From positions 1,811,543 through 1,875,542 of the forward strand of contig CAWHDR010000001.1 of assembly GCA_963828165.1 (NCBI GenBank): a stretch of 64,000 nucleotides of DNA, written 5' to 3'. A program made the translations under genes and the position numbers. Source of the stretch: an uncultured Chloroflexia bacterium (GTDB taxonomy: Bacteria; Chloroflexota; Limnocylindria; Limnocylindrales; CSP1-4). The notes under the pieces were generated by a model that searched no databases, was not told where the DNA came from, and was given only the letters and a program-made list of their open reading frames with translations. Below, in pieces: positions 44,901 to 58,738 of this stretch (its first letter is position 1; every line of letters begins with the position of its first letter).

Positions 44901-46230
44901 CCCGGCCGAATTGGACGGGTTCCGCCGCGCGATGGGGACGTGGCGCTCGACCCGGGAGATGGAGAAGCTCCACCAGCAGTTCGTGGAGGGCGCTCTCCGG
45001 CAGCCCGGCATGACCGAGGAGGACGCCGAGGAGCTCTTCCGCCAGGTCGCGGCGTTCGCGAGCTTCGGGTTCGCGAAGTCACATGCCGCGGCCTTCGCGC
45101 GGACGGCCTACGAGTCGGCCTTCCTGAAGCTGTTCTACCCGGCGCAGTTCCTCGTCGGGCTCATCAACGCGCAGCCGATGGGCTTCTACCCGGTCGAGGT
45201 GCTCGTCAACGACGCGAAGCGCCACGGCGTGGCCGTTCTGCCCGTGGACATCAACGGCTCGTCGTACAAGACCACGACCGAATGGGTGGGCCGGCCGGGC
45301 GAGCCGCTGCCGCCCGGTGTCGGGATCGAGGCACGACCGGAGCCCGTCGTCTCGTCCGCATGCGTGAACCCGTCCGTGGCTGCGCGCGAGGTCTGGACGC
45401 CGGAGGTGACGATCGGCTGGGGCGTTCGCCTCGGGCTGCAGCTCGTGAAGGGCATCGGCGAGCAGCACGAGGCGCTGCTGGACGCCGAGCGGGAGCGCGG
45501 GCCGTATCGGAGCCTGGCCGATGTCGTGGAGCGGACCGGGCTGCCTGAGGAGGTACTTGAGCGGCTCATCCGGAGCGGGGCGATGGATTCGCTGGGTCGA
45601 CCGCGGCGGGAGCTGTTGTGGCAGTTGCGGGAGGTGGCCGGGGCGTCACGAGGTCGCGTGGACGGCCGCGCGCTGCGGGCGCTGGGTCGGGCGGCCGGCA
45701 AGAAAGGCGCGGCCGCGGGCAGGCCGATGGACCTGCGATTGCCGGCGACGGACGCGCCGGCACTCCCCGCGATCACCGAGTCGGAGCGGATCGGCGATGC
45801 CTACGCGGTCCTCGGCGTGGATGCCCGTCGACAGGTCGTGGGGCTGTTCCGGCCGGCGCTGGATCGGCTGGGTGCCGTGACGAATGCCGCCCTCGCCGAT
45901 CGTCGTCCGGGGCACGTCCGGGTGGGGGGCCTGGTCGTGACCCGCCAGCATCCGATGACGGCCAAGGGCACGGTCTTCCTCGCCCTGGAAGACGAGACGG
46001 GGATGGTCAACGTAACGCTCTGGCCAAGCACGTGGGAGCGGCTGCGCGGGGTCGTGCGGCGGCACGCGTTGTTGCTGGTGGACGGAGAGCTGCAGCGCGA
46101 GGGGATGGTCGTGAACCTCGTCGCGCACGAGATCCGGGCACTCCCCGAGGTGGCCGCCGAGGCCGGTGGGCCGGAACGGCCGGGCGGCGTCCGCCAGATG
46201 GGTCACGCCGGGATGCGGCGTCTCGGCTGA
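41963..46230 (+). CDS. dnaE2: error-prone DNA polymerase DnaE2 (ImuC), reading frame interrupted, with large low-complexity insertion
   Basis: PHP domain (YAELHAHTNFSFLDGAS), palm/fingers (..GIPAQGRGSAASSIVAYTLGIS..TYPDVDIDF.. / ..FPRHLSIHSGGML..VGVFQVESRAQM..), and a C-terminal OB domain. The N-terminal part is in ORF 41912..44167 and the rest in ORF 42538..46230. Junction around 43800-43812. GTG at 41963 with GGAG 5 nt upstream. Confidence 0.88.
43811..43855 (+). repeat. 18-nt tandem repeat CGGCCGCGGGTGTCGACC x2.5 inside dnaE2
   Basis: Direct reading: identical units at 43811-43828 and 43829-43846, then a 9-nt partial copy. It starts at or just after the dnaE2 frame break. Confidence 0.75.
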
Positions 46231-46239
46231 CCGTCGTCG

Positions 46240-46258
46240 GCGCCGCGGGTCGCGGCGC
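46240..46258. terminator. GC hairpin GCGCCGCG-GGT-CGCGGCGC between convergent dnaE2 and the 46284..46994 gene
   Basis: 8-bp perfect stem 10 nt after the dnaE2 stop. No U-tract. Confidence 0.3.
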
Positions 46259-46283
46259 GGTCGGTGCTGGGTTCAGCGCGCGG

Positions 46284-46994
46284 TCAGCGGCGCGCGCCCG
46301 CCTTCTGGCCCGACGTCGAACGGCTGCGGCCGTCGTTGCCGCGGCGCGCCGGCGGACGGTTCTTTCCTCGGTTCGGGCTCGACAGCTGCAGGAACCGCCG
46401 GTACCACGCCGCCGCGGATGCGAACAGCGCACCCATGATCGGCGAGAAGACGAACGACGAGACGATGGCCGCGGACGGCTCCAGGGCGAACACTTCAGCG
46501 AAGCCCGCCGGCAGGAGCCCGGCGTACCCGAGGACGGTGTAGCAGATCGCGCTCACCAGACCGACGATCACGCCCAGTAGCCAGCTGGCCCGCGGCGCGA
46601 GGAAGCCCGCGATGAACACCCCGCCGATGGCGGGTGTGACGACGAAGTACTGGAAGGCGAACTGGCTCAGGACGTCTGCCCCCCGCGAGACACCCGTCAG
46701 CGCCGCCGCACCGATCGTGAGCAGGATGGGCAGCCACAGCGCCTTGTTCGTTACGAGCCGGGGGAGGGCTCGGAAGTCACCCGGCGCATCGAGCGGCCGG
46801 AATGCCAGGCGAACGGCGCTGAAGATCCCGATCCGCCCGGTCCCGTCCGGACCCGAGCGGCTTGCGCCCTGCCTGGTGGCCGGGGCGTCGGCCTCGGCCG
46901 TTTCATCGTCGAGGTTCGTGTCGTCGAGGAGCCCGTGCTCGGCTCGATAGCGCCGGCGTGCCTCGGCGCGGGTGGTTCTCTTGGCGCGAGCCAC
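46284..46994 (-). CDS. integral membrane protein (hypothetical)
   Basis: GTG at 46994 with AGGAG 7 nt upstream. Basic N-terminus (ARAKRTTRAEARRRYRAEHG), acidic linker, then 5-6 TM helices. The ORF opens at 47081. Confidence 0.6.
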   Translation of the reverse strand: MARAKRTTRAEARRRYRAEHGLLDDTNLDDETAEADAPATRQGASRSGPDGTGRIGIFSAVRLAFRPLDAPGDFRALPRLVTNKALWLPILLTIGAAALTGVSRGADVLSQFAFQYFVVTPAIGGVFIAGFLAPRASWLLGVIVGLVSAICYTVLGYAGLLPAGFAEVFALEPSAAIVSSFVFSPIMGALFASAAAWYRRFLQLSSPNRGKNRPPARRGNDGRSRSTSGQKAGARR

Positions 46995-47144
46995 GGTCAC
47001 TCCTGGGTTCGTCAGAGGGTGGGGCGGTGCGCGCCATCGTAGTCGATAAGTCCGGGGTAAGGGCCATCTGGTATCACTCATCTGGCGCCGCCGCTCGCCC
47101 GACCCCGCCGGTTCGCCCGCCCGTTCCCCGCCGGGAGGTCACCC

Positions 47145-50100
47145 ATGGATCGCGCCCGGCGCGCGGGGTCTGCCGCGCTCGTCATCGCCCTCATCCTGGT
47201 CTCGGTGGGATCGCCCGCCGGGGCGCCCCGGGCCAGCGCGGCCGAGGTCGCGTGGCCCGTCTCGACCCTGGTGGTGTCGGAGCTCCAGACCGGCGGTGCC
47301 GGCGCGTCCGACGAGCTCGTCGAGATCGCCAACCAGGGTACGGGACCGGTCGATCTCGTCGGCCTCGAGCTCGTGTACGCGACGTCCTCGGGATCGACCG
47401 TGACCCGCAAGGCTTCGTGGGACGCCTCGTTCGTCCTCGATGCCGGCCGACGGGTGCTCGTCGTGAATGGCGCGGGCGTCTACGCGGCGGTCGGGGACAA
47501 GGTCTACACGGGCGGCTTCGCCGCGACCGGAGGCGCCGTCGCGCTGCGGGTGATCGGCGGGACCGTCGTGGACGCGCTGGGCTGGGGCGATGCGACGAAC
47601 CCATTCGTGGAAGGCGGGCCCGCCGTCGCGCCGCCTGCCGGGTCCAGCCTGGAGCGGTCCCCCGGGGGCACGCTCGGGAACGGCGTCGACACCAACGACA
47701 ACGCCCTCGATTGGTTCGTGAACCCTGCCCCGAACCCGCAACGCTCCAGCGACGATCCTGTGCCGGCGCCTGGTCCGACGCCGACGCCCATGCCCGGACC
47801 GACGCCGACGCCAACGCCCGGACCGACGCCGACCCCGACTCCGACGCCCACGCCCGGACCGACGCCGACCCCAACGCCGACTCCGACCCCGACCCCCACG
47901 CCCGGACCGACGCCGACTCCGACCCCGACCCCCACTCCGGCCCCGTCGATCGCCCCCATGACCATCGCGGCCGCCCGAGCCCTCCCCGACGACTCGGTGG
48001 TCACCGTCACGGGCACGCTCACGACGGAGCTCGGTGCCCTCGAGAGCGGCCGAACCGCGTATCTCCAGGACGCGACGGCCGGGATCTCGATCTATCTCGA
48101 TGCGGCCGTCGTCAGTGCCATGCCGGCAGGGACGGCCGTGATCGTGAGCGGCCCCCTCGACACGCGGTATGCGCAGCGCACGATCCGTGCCGCCGAGGCC
48201 GACATCGTCGTCGTCGGCCAAGGCGTCATTCCGGAGGCGATCGCGATCGCGACCGTCGCCGGAGACGAGGCGTTCGAAGGCCGACGTGTGTCGGTGGGAG
48301 GGTCCGTCGTCGGTGGTTCGGACGTGCTTGCGGACGGCCTTGCCGTGTCCGTCGATGACGGCACGGGCCCGATCCGGATCGTCGTCACGCCGGATGCGCT
48401 CGGCGAGCGAGCGTTGACGGACGGGACCCTCGTCACGGTCGCGGGATCGCTCGGTCAGCGTGACAGCAGCGGGACCGGCACGGCCGGCTATCGCCTGTAC
48501 GTCACCGCGGCGACCGACCTGGTGATCCAGCGCCCGACCCCGACGCCAACGCCGTCTCCGACGCCCACGCCGACCGCCTCCCCCGGGCCGACACCGACCC
48601 ATTCGCCGGGTCCGACATCCTCACCGACGCCACCGCCGTCCGTGTCACCGACGCCCGGCACCACGCCCCTCACGATCGCCAGCGCGAGGACCAGGTCCAT
48701 CGGCTCGACCGTGACCGTCCGCGGCATCGTGTCCGCCGAGCCCGGCCGACTCGGCTCGCCCGCCCTGCTCGCCATCGCGGACACGAGCGGCGGGATCGTG
48801 GTGAAGCTGCCCGATGGTGCCCGGGCGCCCGCTCGCGGGGCGATGCTCGAGATGCGCGGCAAGCTCGCCGATCCGTACGGCCAGCTCGAGATCCGCCCGG
48901 CCGCCGATGCAATCTCGGGCGGGCTGGGTTCCGGTGCCTTGCCCGCTGCGATCGGCCTGGGTTCCCGCGGACCCGACGAGGCGACCGAAGGAAAGCTTGT
49001 GGTCCTGACCGGCACGGTCGTCGAGAAACCCACGAAGGCGGCCAGCGGCGACATCGCGCTCTGGGTCGAAACGACCGCTGGGATCCGCGTCCGCGTGATG
49101 GCCGATGCCTCGAGCCGGATCATGTCGACGACCGTGTCCAAGGGCGCGACGTACCGTCTGACCGGCGTTGCCGGCCAGCGGGCGTCCCGGAAGGGCGCGC
49201 TCGACGGGTACCGCGTCTGGCTGCGCGACTCCGGGGACCTCGACCTCCTCGCGGGGCCACCCGCGTCGCCATCGTCCCCACCTTCCTCTTCGTCATCGCC
49301 GAAGCCGACCGCGGGCACGTCACCGCGGCCATCCACGAGCATGCCGGCCGACGGCAAGGCCATCTCGGTCGCTACGGCGCTGCGGACCACCGATCGCGAC
49401 GTGGTCATCGAGTCGGTCGTGACGGCGCCTTCGTCTCTCCTGGACGCGACGGGCCGCAGGATCGTCGTCCAAGACGGGACCGGCGCGATCGAGGTCCTGC
49501 TCCCGAAGGACGTCCCGGCCCCGGGAGTCGGCACCCGGATCCGTCTGACCGGCCGGGTGGGCGTTGCGTACGGTGCCCCACGGCTCCGGGCAGAAGCGAT
49601 GGAGCGGCTGGGCTCCGGGAAGATCCCTGCGCCACTGCGCGTGCGCGGGCCCGTGGGGGCGGCACACACGTGGCGGCTCGTCACGGTGTCCGGTCGCATC
49701 GACGACGTGCGGAAGCTCGGGGATCGTTGGCGTGCCGAGATCGTGGTGGGAGCGGCGCACCTGGTCGTCGTCGGCCAGCCCGGTGCGAGGATCCCGGTCG
49801 AGACCGTCGCCGAGGGACGCTCGATCGAGCTGACGGGCATCGTCCGGCCGGCCTACCCGAGCGCGACCGATCGCCGCCCGACGATCCTGCCGCGGTCGCG
49901 GGGCGACGTCAGCGTCGGCGGCGGACCGACGGATGGGGGTCCGACCAGCGGGGCATCGATTGCCGGTGCCACGTCCGGTGGCGACGCTGGCGGCGCGCCT
50001 TCGTCTATCGGTACCGGAACGGCGAGCGGCACCCCGGCCGGGCATACCGTGACCGATGCCGATCTCGCCGACCTCGCATCGATCCTCGGCGAGACGGTCC

Positions 50101-50639
50101 GCGTCGGCGGCCTCGTCCTCGACGTCCGGCCCGACGGCTTCACCCTGGATGACGGCACTGCGCACGCGCCGGTCGTCCTGCGCGACGAAGCCGCGGACTG
50201 GATCCCCCTCGTCGAACCAGAGGACGCGATCAACGTGATCGGCCGGGTCGAGCGGCTGGACGATGGAGCGCTCGCGGTGACCGTCACCGATCCGGCCGCC
50301 ATCGCGCTCGGCAGTGACCCGACCGCACTCGGTGTCGGGCTTGCAGCCCCGAGCGCTGCCAGTCCGGCGGACAAGGAGATGGTGGGCGTGGCGGGGCCAC
50401 GGTCGGCTGGGTTCGGTGACGACCTCGGGGCGCTCCCGGGCGCCGGAGCGGGCCTCGCGTCGCTCGTCGGGATCAGCCTGTTGTCGCTCGGCGTGACCCT
50501 CCTGCGACGGCGGCAGGCCCGTCGGTTGCTGACCGCCCGCGTGGCCGCGCGGCTGTCCTCGATCGGCGGCACGGAGGCCCTCGACGGGTCGATCGTTGGG
50601 GTCCGCGCCGGGGCGGACGGGCGCACTGGCATGGGCTGA
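47145..50639 (+). CDS. large exported lamin-tail-domain protein with multiple OB-fold-like modules and a C-terminal TM anchor
   Basis: Signal peptide; LTD-like domain ([57 protein letters not shown]); Pro/Thr linkers; repeated modules of the type ..[35 protein letters not shown]..; hydrophobic anchor [30 protein letters not shown] Shine-Dalgarno sequence 6 nt upstream. Confidence 0.8.
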   Translation: MDRARRAGSAALVIALILVSVGSPAGAPRASAAEVAWPVSTLVVSELQTGGAGASDELVEIANQGTGPVDLVGLELVYATSSGSTVTRKASWDASFVLDAGRRVLVVNGAGVYAAVGDKVYTGGFAATGGAVALRVIGGTVVDALGWGDATNPFVEGGPAVAPPAGSSLERSPGGTLGNGVDTNDNALDWFVNPAPNPQRSSDDPVPAPGPTPTPMPGPTPTPTPGPTPTPTPTPTPGPTPTPTPTPTPTPTPGPTPTPTPTPTPAPSIAPMTIAAARALPDDSVVTVTGTLTTELGALESGRTAYLQDATAGISIYLDAAVVSAMPAGTAVIVSGPLDTRYAQRTIRAAEADIVVVGQGVIPEAIAIATVAGDEAFEGRRVSVGGSVVGGSDVLADGLAVSVDDGTGPIRIVVTPDALGERALTDGTLVTVAGSLGQRDSSGTGTAGYRLYVTAATDLVIQRPTPTPTPSPTPTPTASPGPTPTHSPGPTSSPTPPPSVSPTPGTTPLTIASARTRSIGSTVTVRGIVSAEPGRLGSPALLAIADTSGGIVVKLPDGARAPARGAMLEMRGKLADPYGQLEIRPAADAISGGLGSGALPAAIGLGSRGPDEATEGKLVVLTGTVVEKPTKAASGDIALWVETTAGIRVRVMADASSRIMSTTVSKGATYRLTGVAGQRASRKGALDGYRVWLRDSGDLDLLAGPPASPSSPPSSSSSPKPTAGTSPRPSTSMPADGKAISVATALRTTDRDVVIESVVTAPSSLLDATGRRIVVQDGTGAIEVLLPKDVPAPGVGTRIRLTGRVGVAYGAPRLRAEAMERLGSGKIPAPLRVRGPVGAAHTWRLVTVSGRIDDVRKLGDRWRAEIVVGAAHLVVVGQPGARIPVETVAEGRSIELTGIVRPAYPSATDRRPTILPRSRGDVSVGGGPTDGGPTSGASIAGATSGGDAGGAPSSIGTGTASGTPAGHTVTDADLADLASILGETVRVGGLVLDVRPDGFTLDDGTAHAPVVLRDEAADWIPLVEPEDAINVIGRVERLDDGALAVTVTDPAAIALGSDPTALGVGLAAPSAASPADKEMVGVAGPRSAGFGDDLGALPGAGAGLASLVGISLLSLGVTLLRRRQARRLLTARVAARLSSIGGTEALDGSIVGVRAGADGRTGMG
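47771..47946 (+). repeat. imperfect 6/12-nt periodic repeat encoding a (P-T)n / GPTPTP linker
   Basis: CCGACGCCGACC-type units read directly. In frame within the large ORF. A second, shorter linker lies at about 48531-48665. Confidence 0.75.
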
Positions 50640-50667
50640 ACGTGGCTCGAACGGGAGCCATGCGTGA

Positions 50668-50704
50668 GCTGAGCGTGGCGCGACGGGCGTCATCCACGCT
50701 CAGC
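50668..50704 (+). terminator. hairpin GCTGAGCGTGG-(15 nt)-CCACGCTCAGC after the large LTD gene
   Basis: 11-bp perfect stem starting 29 nt after the stop at 50639. Confidence 0.45.
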
Positions 50705-50709
50705 CACGC

Positions 50710-50739
50710 TTGACTCACGCACGAACAGGGGCCTATCCT
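50710..50739 (+). promoter_or_regulatory. candidate promoter (-35 TTGACT, 18 nt, -10 TATCCT) for the nucleoside phosphorylase gene
   Basis: TTGACT at 50710-50715 and TATCCT at 50734-50739, 32 nt before the GTG at 50771. Confidence 0.35.
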
Positions 50740-50770
50740 CGGCCGAGTTTCGCGCCAGCGAAGCAGCCAC

Positions 50771-51667
50771 GTGAGCGAGGGAGAGGTTTTGCCGAACGCG
50801 GAAACCCGCGTCGAAAGCCCGAGAGATCGCCGGATAGCGATCCCTGAAGGGGAACGGCAGTACCACATCGGACTCGGACGGGGAGACCTGGCCGAGTACA
50901 TCCTCCTCCCCGGCGACCCTGATCGGACATCCCGGATCGCGACGCGCCTCGATTCCATCGAGCTCGAGCACCAACACCGGGAGTTCGCCACCGTCACCGG
51001 GACGTTTCGAGGTCAGCGGGTCTCGGTCGTATCGACCGGGATCGGCACGGACAACGTCGAGATCGTCGTGGCCGAGATCCTGGCGATCACGGAACGGCCC
51101 ACCTTTATCCGTGTCGGGTCGTGTGGGGCGCTGCAGCCGGAGATGAACCTGGGAGACCTGGTCATCACCACGGGTGCGGTCCGCCTCGAATCGACCACCA
51201 GCTTCTTCGTCCACGATGGGTATCCCGCGGTCGCCGATTACGAAGCGATCTCGGCACTCGTCGAGGCCGCGGAGCGACTCGGTCACCGCTACCACGTCGG
51301 TGTGACGGCGACAGCACCGGGATTCTTCGGGGCGCAAGGGCGTCCCATCCCGCAGCTGCCGATCCGCTACCCCGATCTGGCAGAGGACATGGCGCGCCAG
51401 CGTGTCATGAACTTCGAGATGGAGGCATCGGCCCTGCTCGTCCTCGCGTCCCTCGCCCGGTGTCGAGCCGGTGTCGTCTGTGCGGTGTATGCCAATCGGA
51501 CGACCGGTGAGTTCGTCGGTGGAGCGACAAAGGATGCGGCAGAGGCTGCCTGCGTCGACACGGGCTTGGAGGGCCTGATCGTGCTCGCCGAGATGGATGC
51601 CCAGAAACGAACCGCATCGACGGACCGCTGGCGCCCGTCGCTGTGGACCACTACCGCGCGTCCCTGA
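50771..51667 (+). CDS. nucleoside (uridine-type) phosphorylase, PNP_UDP_1 family
   Basis: ..YHIGLGRGDLAEYILLPGDPDRTSRIA..VSVVSTGIGTDNVEIVVAEI..FIRVGSCGAL..MNFEMEASALLVLA... GTG start; the N-terminal extension is uncertain. Confidence 0.8.
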   Translation: MSEGEVLPNAETRVESPRDRRIAIPEGERQYHIGLGRGDLAEYILLPGDPDRTSRIATRLDSIELEHQHREFATVTGTFRGQRVSVVSTGIGTDNVEIVVAEILAITERPTFIRVGSCGALQPEMNLGDLVITTGAVRLESTTSFFVHDGYPAVADYEAISALVEAAERLGHRYHVGVTATAPGFFGAQGRPIPQLPIRYPDLAEDMARQRVMNFEMEASALLVLASLARCRAGVVCAVYANRTTGEFVGGATKDAAEAACVDTGLEGLIVLAEMDAQKRTASTDRWRPSLWTTTARP

Positions 51668-51727
51668 GAGCGGGTGCGGGACGAAGGTTCCCGTGACGCT
51701 CCGATCGCATCCCGAGGAGGAACCCGA

Positions 51728-51868
51728 ATGGCAGAGGCCTATTGCGTCAAGGACAAGCAGAAGGTCGAAGTCCTGAACCCCCAGCGCATCACCATGAAGA
51801 ACGGCAAGGCGGCCCTGCAGGGCACCTGTCCGATCTGTGGTGGCAAGGTCTTCAAGATCGGCGGCTGA
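51728..51868 (+). CDS. 46-aa zinc-ribbon-like small protein (DUF5679-like)
   Basis: MAEAYCVKDKQKVEVLNPQRITMKNGKAALQGTCPICGGKVFKIGG. GAGGAGG 6 nt upstream of the ATG at 51728. Confidence 0.6.
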   Translation: MAEAYCVKDKQKVEVLNPQRITMKNGKAALQGTCPICGGKVFKIGG

Positions 51869-51892
51869 CCCCGTCCTTCGAACGATCAAGGC

Positions 51893-51926
51893 GAACGGCC
51901 CCCGCCGGCGACGGCGGGGGCCGTTC
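51893..51926 (+). terminator. hairpin GAACGGCCCCCGCC-GGCGAC-GGCGGGGGCCGTTC
   Basis: 14-bp perfect stem 25 nt after the stop at 51868. Confidence 0.5.
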
Positions 51927-51965
51927 CATGCCCGCGCCGGCCGTGGTGGCCGCGCAGGACCCCTT

Positions 51966-51974
51966 TGCTAGAAT
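51966..51974 (+). promoter_or_regulatory. extended -10 element TGCTAGAAT upstream of gap
   Basis: TGCTAGAAT at 51966-51974, 90 nt before the gap ATG. Same TGCTAnAAT form as at the two tRNA-Ala genes. Confidence 0.4.
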
Positions 51975-52063
51975 GGGCGGCGATCCCCACGACGTTCTTC
52001 CCGCACGCCCGCAACCCCGCTCATCCACTCGCGGTCCGACCCCGACCGCCAGGAGGTCCCACG

Positions 52064-53086
52064 ATGGCAGTCCGCGTCGGCATCAACGGCTTCGGCCGTA
52101 TCGGCCGCCAATCGCTCAAGGCGCTGATCGAGCGCGCGCCGGACGTGGAGGTCATCGCCGTCAACGACCTCGTGGACGCGGAGATGAACGCCCTGCTCTT
52201 CAAGCACGACTCGACCTACGGCGCCTACGACGGCGAGGTCAAGGCCGGCGACAGCTCGATCATCATCGATGGTCGCGAGATCAAGATCCTTGCCGAGCGC
52301 GACCCGGCGGCACTCCCGTGGGGCGACCTCGGGGTGGAGATCGTCCTCGAATCGACCGGCATCTTCACCAGCGCCGAGAAGGCACGCGCGCACATCGATG
52401 CCGGTGCCCAGAAGGTCATCATCAGTGCGCCGGCCAAGAACGAGGACATCACCATCGTCCTCGGTGTCAACGAGGATCGTTACGATCCGGCCAGCCACCA
52501 CATCATCAGCAACGCCTCGTGCACGACGAACTGCCTCGCCCCGGCGGCCAAGGTCGTCAACGACCTGCTCGGCATCGAGAAGGGGCTGATGAACACGATC
52601 CACAGCTACACGAACGACCAGCGCATCCTGGACGTGGCGCACAGCGACCCGCGGCGTGCTCGAAGCGCCGGCCAGAACATCATCCCGACGACGACCGGCG
52701 CGGCGAAGGCGCTCGCGCTCGTGATCCCGGACCTGAAGGGCAAGTTCGACGGGTTCAGCCTGCGCGTGCCCACCCCGACGGTGAGCGTCGTCGACTTCAC
52801 CGCGACCGTCCGACGCGAGACCAGCGTCGAGGAGCTGAACGACGCGTTCCGAACTGCCGCCGCCGGCCCCATGCAGGGCATCCTCGGCGTATCGGACGAG
52901 CCGCTCGTCTCGATGGACTTCAAGGGCGACAGCCGTTCCTCGATCATCGACGCCGATTCGACGATGGTCCTGGGCGGGGACATGGTCAAGGTCATCAGCT
53001 GGTACGACAACGAGTGGGGCTACAGCTGCCGCGTTGCCGACCTCATCGCCTTCGTGGCGGCCAGACTGCCGGTCGCGGCCGCCTGA
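52064..53086 (+). CDS. gap: type I glyceraldehyde-3-phosphate dehydrogenase
   Basis: [16 protein letters not shown], catalytic [12 protein letters not shown], and ..WYDNEWGYS... AGGAGG 7 nt upstream of the ATG at 52064. Confidence 0.95.
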   Translation: MAVRVGINGFGRIGRQSLKALIERAPDVEVIAVNDLVDAEMNALLFKHDSTYGAYDGEVKAGDSSIIIDGREIKILAERDPAALPWGDLGVEIVLESTGIFTSAEKARAHIDAGAQKVIISAPAKNEDITIVLGVNEDRYDPASHHIISNASCTTNCLAPAAKVVNDLLGIEKGLMNTIHSYTNDQRILDVAHSDPRRARSAGQNIIPTTTGAAKALALVIPDLKGKFDGFSLRVPTPTVSVVDFTATVRRETSVEELNDAFRTAAAGPMQGILGVSDEPLVSMDFKGDSRSSIIDADSTMVLGGDMVKVISWYDNEWGYSCRVADLIAFVAARLPVAAA

Positions 53087-53161
53087 CCCCGCCCATCCCG
53101 GCGACGGCTCGCGAGCCCGTCGTCCGCTGGCGGTCACACGCCGGCAAGGAGCACTGACCGA

Positions 53162-56859
<3,698 letters not shown>

Positions 56860-56884
56860 GGATCGGCCAGCCGGCGCATGACGA

Positions 56885-56907
56885 CGCCCTGGGTGGAGCC
56901 CAGGGCG
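56885..56907. terminator. bidirectional hairpin CGCCCTGGG-TGGAG-CCCAGGGCG
   Basis: 9-bp perfect stem between convergent 56272..56859 (+) and rpsT (-). Confidence 0.45.
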
Positions 56908-56940
56908 GTCGAGATCGGCGAGGCGCTCGCGAGCCCCGGG

Positions 56941-57612
56941 TCAGCTCTTGCTGGCGGTCTTCTTCGGGGCGGTCTTCGTGGCGGTCTTCGTGGCGGTGGC
57001 CTTGGTCGACGACTTCGAGGTCGACTTCGATGCGCCCTTCGTGCCGGACGTCTTCGCCGCGGACGCCTTGCTCGCCGGCTTCGACGGCCTGGTCGGAGCA
57101 GCGGTGGCGCCTTCGGACGCGGCGGCTTCGGCGGCCTTGGCCGCGGCGGCCTCCGCGCGAGCCGACTTGCTCAGCGCCGCACGGGCCTTGCCGGCGGCGG
57201 TCTGGGCGCCCTTCGCCTTGACCGACTTGCCGGCCGCGATGCGCGCCTTGGCCGCCTTGGCCGCGGCCGTCTTGCCGGTGACCTTCGTGACACGGCCCGA
57301 GGCCGTGGCCTGCGTTCCGCCGAGGGCCGCATTCACCTTGATCGTGAGGCGCGACTTGCGGCGCGCGGCCGCGTTCGGGTGGATGGCTCCGGCCTTGGCC
57401 GCGCGGTCGAGCGCCGACAGCGCATCGATCAGGGCGACGGTGGTGGCTTCGGCGTCGGTCGGGCCGGCGGCGACGCTCAGGGCCTTGGCGACGTACGTCT
57501 TGGCGGCCGTTCGCCGCGGACCGAGGATGTCGTGACGGCGCGCGGCCTGACGAACGCGCTTGAGTCCCGAAGGTGTCCGGGCTCCCGTCCAGGTGCGGGG
57601 CGTCTTGGCCAA
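56941..57612 (-). CDS. rpsT: 30S ribosomal protein S20 with a 126-aa Ala/Lys/Ser/Thr-rich C-terminal extension
   Basis: S20 core ..ARTPSGLKRVRQAARRHDILGPRRTAAKTYVAKAL..ALDRAAKAGAIHPNAAARRKSRLTIKVNAAL (about 97 aa) is followed in frame by ..KTAAAKAAKARIAAGKSVKAKG..TKATATKTATKTAPKKTASKS. Start assigned to the TTG at 57612 (GAGG 9 nt upstream). Part of the 515-aa ORF 56941..58488. Confidence 0.8.
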   Translation of the reverse strand: MAKTPRTWTGARTPSGLKRVRQAARRHDILGPRRTAAKTYVAKALSVAAGPTDAEATTVALIDALSALDRAAKAGAIHPNAAARRKSRLTIKVNAALGGTQATASGRVTKVTGKTAAAKAAKARIAAGKSVKAKGAQTAAGKARAALSKSARAEAAAAKAAEAAASEGATAAPTRPSKPASKASAAKTSGTKGASKSTSKSSTKATATKTATKTAPKKTASKS

Positions 57613-57771
57613 GTGGAAGAACCTCGTTGCTTCGATCGGATCGTTGGTGGCTGGGCACCGTGACACGGGGTGAGTGCCGGGCGCGAACGCGGATGGTACC
57701 ACAGGGCTTGGTCCAGTCCGGCTCGCCCGCGACCCCAACGCACGACGCTCGCGCCCGGCAGACTTGGGGGC

Positions 57772-58719
57772 GTGACCGCGATCCTGGGTGGCCTGGCGGC
57801 CGCCGTCCTGTGGGCGACCGCGACCCTGGCCTCGTCGAGGTCGAGCCGGATGATCGGCTCCCGGGTCGTGCTTGCGTGGGTGATGATCGTCGGGACGATC
57901 GTAGGTCTGCCGATCGCCCTGGTCGCCGGCATCCCGACCGAGGTTCCCGCGGGCACGCTGCCTCTCGTCCTGCTTGCCGGCCTCTGTTACTCGGCCGGGC
58001 TGTACGCCACGTACAAGGCGCTGACCATCGGCAAGGTCTCGATCGTGGCCCCGATCGTCGCGACCGAAGGCGCCGTGGGCGCGCTGATCGCCGTGGCGCT
58101 GGGCGACCCGTTGACGCTCGTCGCGGCAATCCTGCTGGCCGTCATCGCCGGCGGCGTGGTCCTCTCCAGCATCGAACCGGCTCGGCCGGATGTCCCCGCC
58201 GGCGACATCGAGCTCGCGGCCGATGCCCTCGACGGTCCGGCCCGTGACGACGCCCGGGCCCGCGTCGCGGACCACGCGGCGCTCGTCGCCGACGACGCAG
58301 AGCGGATCCGCAAGACCGTCCTGTATTCCGTGGCGGGCGCCCTGATCTTCGGCGTCGGCCTCGTGGCGGCCGGCAAGTCCGCAGCCCTCATCCCGCCGAT
58401 CTGGGTCGCCGTCGGTTCGCGGTTCGTCGGCTTGGCGGTCGTCGCGCTGCCGCTCGTGCTCCAACGACGGCTGGTGCTCACCCGCCAAGCCCTGCCGCTC
58501 GTAGTGATCGCCGGGATCGGCGAGATCGTCGGCTCGACGGCGTCGGCGTGGGGATCCATCTACAGCATCCCGATCACGGCCGTGCTCGGCTCCCAGTTCG
58601 CGGCGATCGCGGCGGTCCTCGCGTACTTCCTGTTCGGCGAGCGCCTGTCACGCACCCAGGTCGCGGGTGTCGTCCTCATCGTCGGAGGCGTGACGGCCCT
58701 CGCGGCGTCGAGCGTGTGA
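57772..58719 (+). CDS. EamA/DMT family transporter
   Basis: GTG at 57772 ([19 protein letters not shown]..). Two EamA-like halves separated by an acidic loop. The ORF opens at 57670. Confidence 0.75.
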   Translation: MTAILGGLAAAVLWATATLASSRSSRMIGSRVVLAWVMIVGTIVGLPIALVAGIPTEVPAGTLPLVLLAGLCYSAGLYATYKALTIGKVSIVAPIVATEGAVGALIAVALGDPLTLVAAILLAVIAGGVVLSSIEPARPDVPAGDIELAADALDGPARDDARARVADHAALVADDAERIRKTVLYSVAGALIFGVGLVAAGKSAALIPPIWVAVGSRFVGLAVVALPLVLQRRLVLTRQALPLVVIAGIGEIVGSTASAWGSIYSIPITAVLGSQFAAIAAVLAYFLFGERLSRTQVAGVVLIVGGVTALAASSV

Positions 58720-58738
58720 CCGGCTACACTCCCGCCTC

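Noticed and set aside
47771-48665. Short periodic DNA repeats that could superficially suggest a repeat array or CRISPR.
   Set aside because: The units are 6-12 nt with no spacers. They are in frame inside a 1164-codon ORF and encode Pro/Thr linkers. No cas genes are present anywhere in the window.
50425-50639. LPGAG followed by a hydrophobic helix and RRRQARR at the end of the LTD protein, as a sortase (LPXTG-type) sorting signal.
   Set aside because: The motif is not canonical LPXTG or LAXTG, and 45 more residues follow the basic stretch. A real sorting signal ends the protein. A plain C-terminal TM anchor is more likely.
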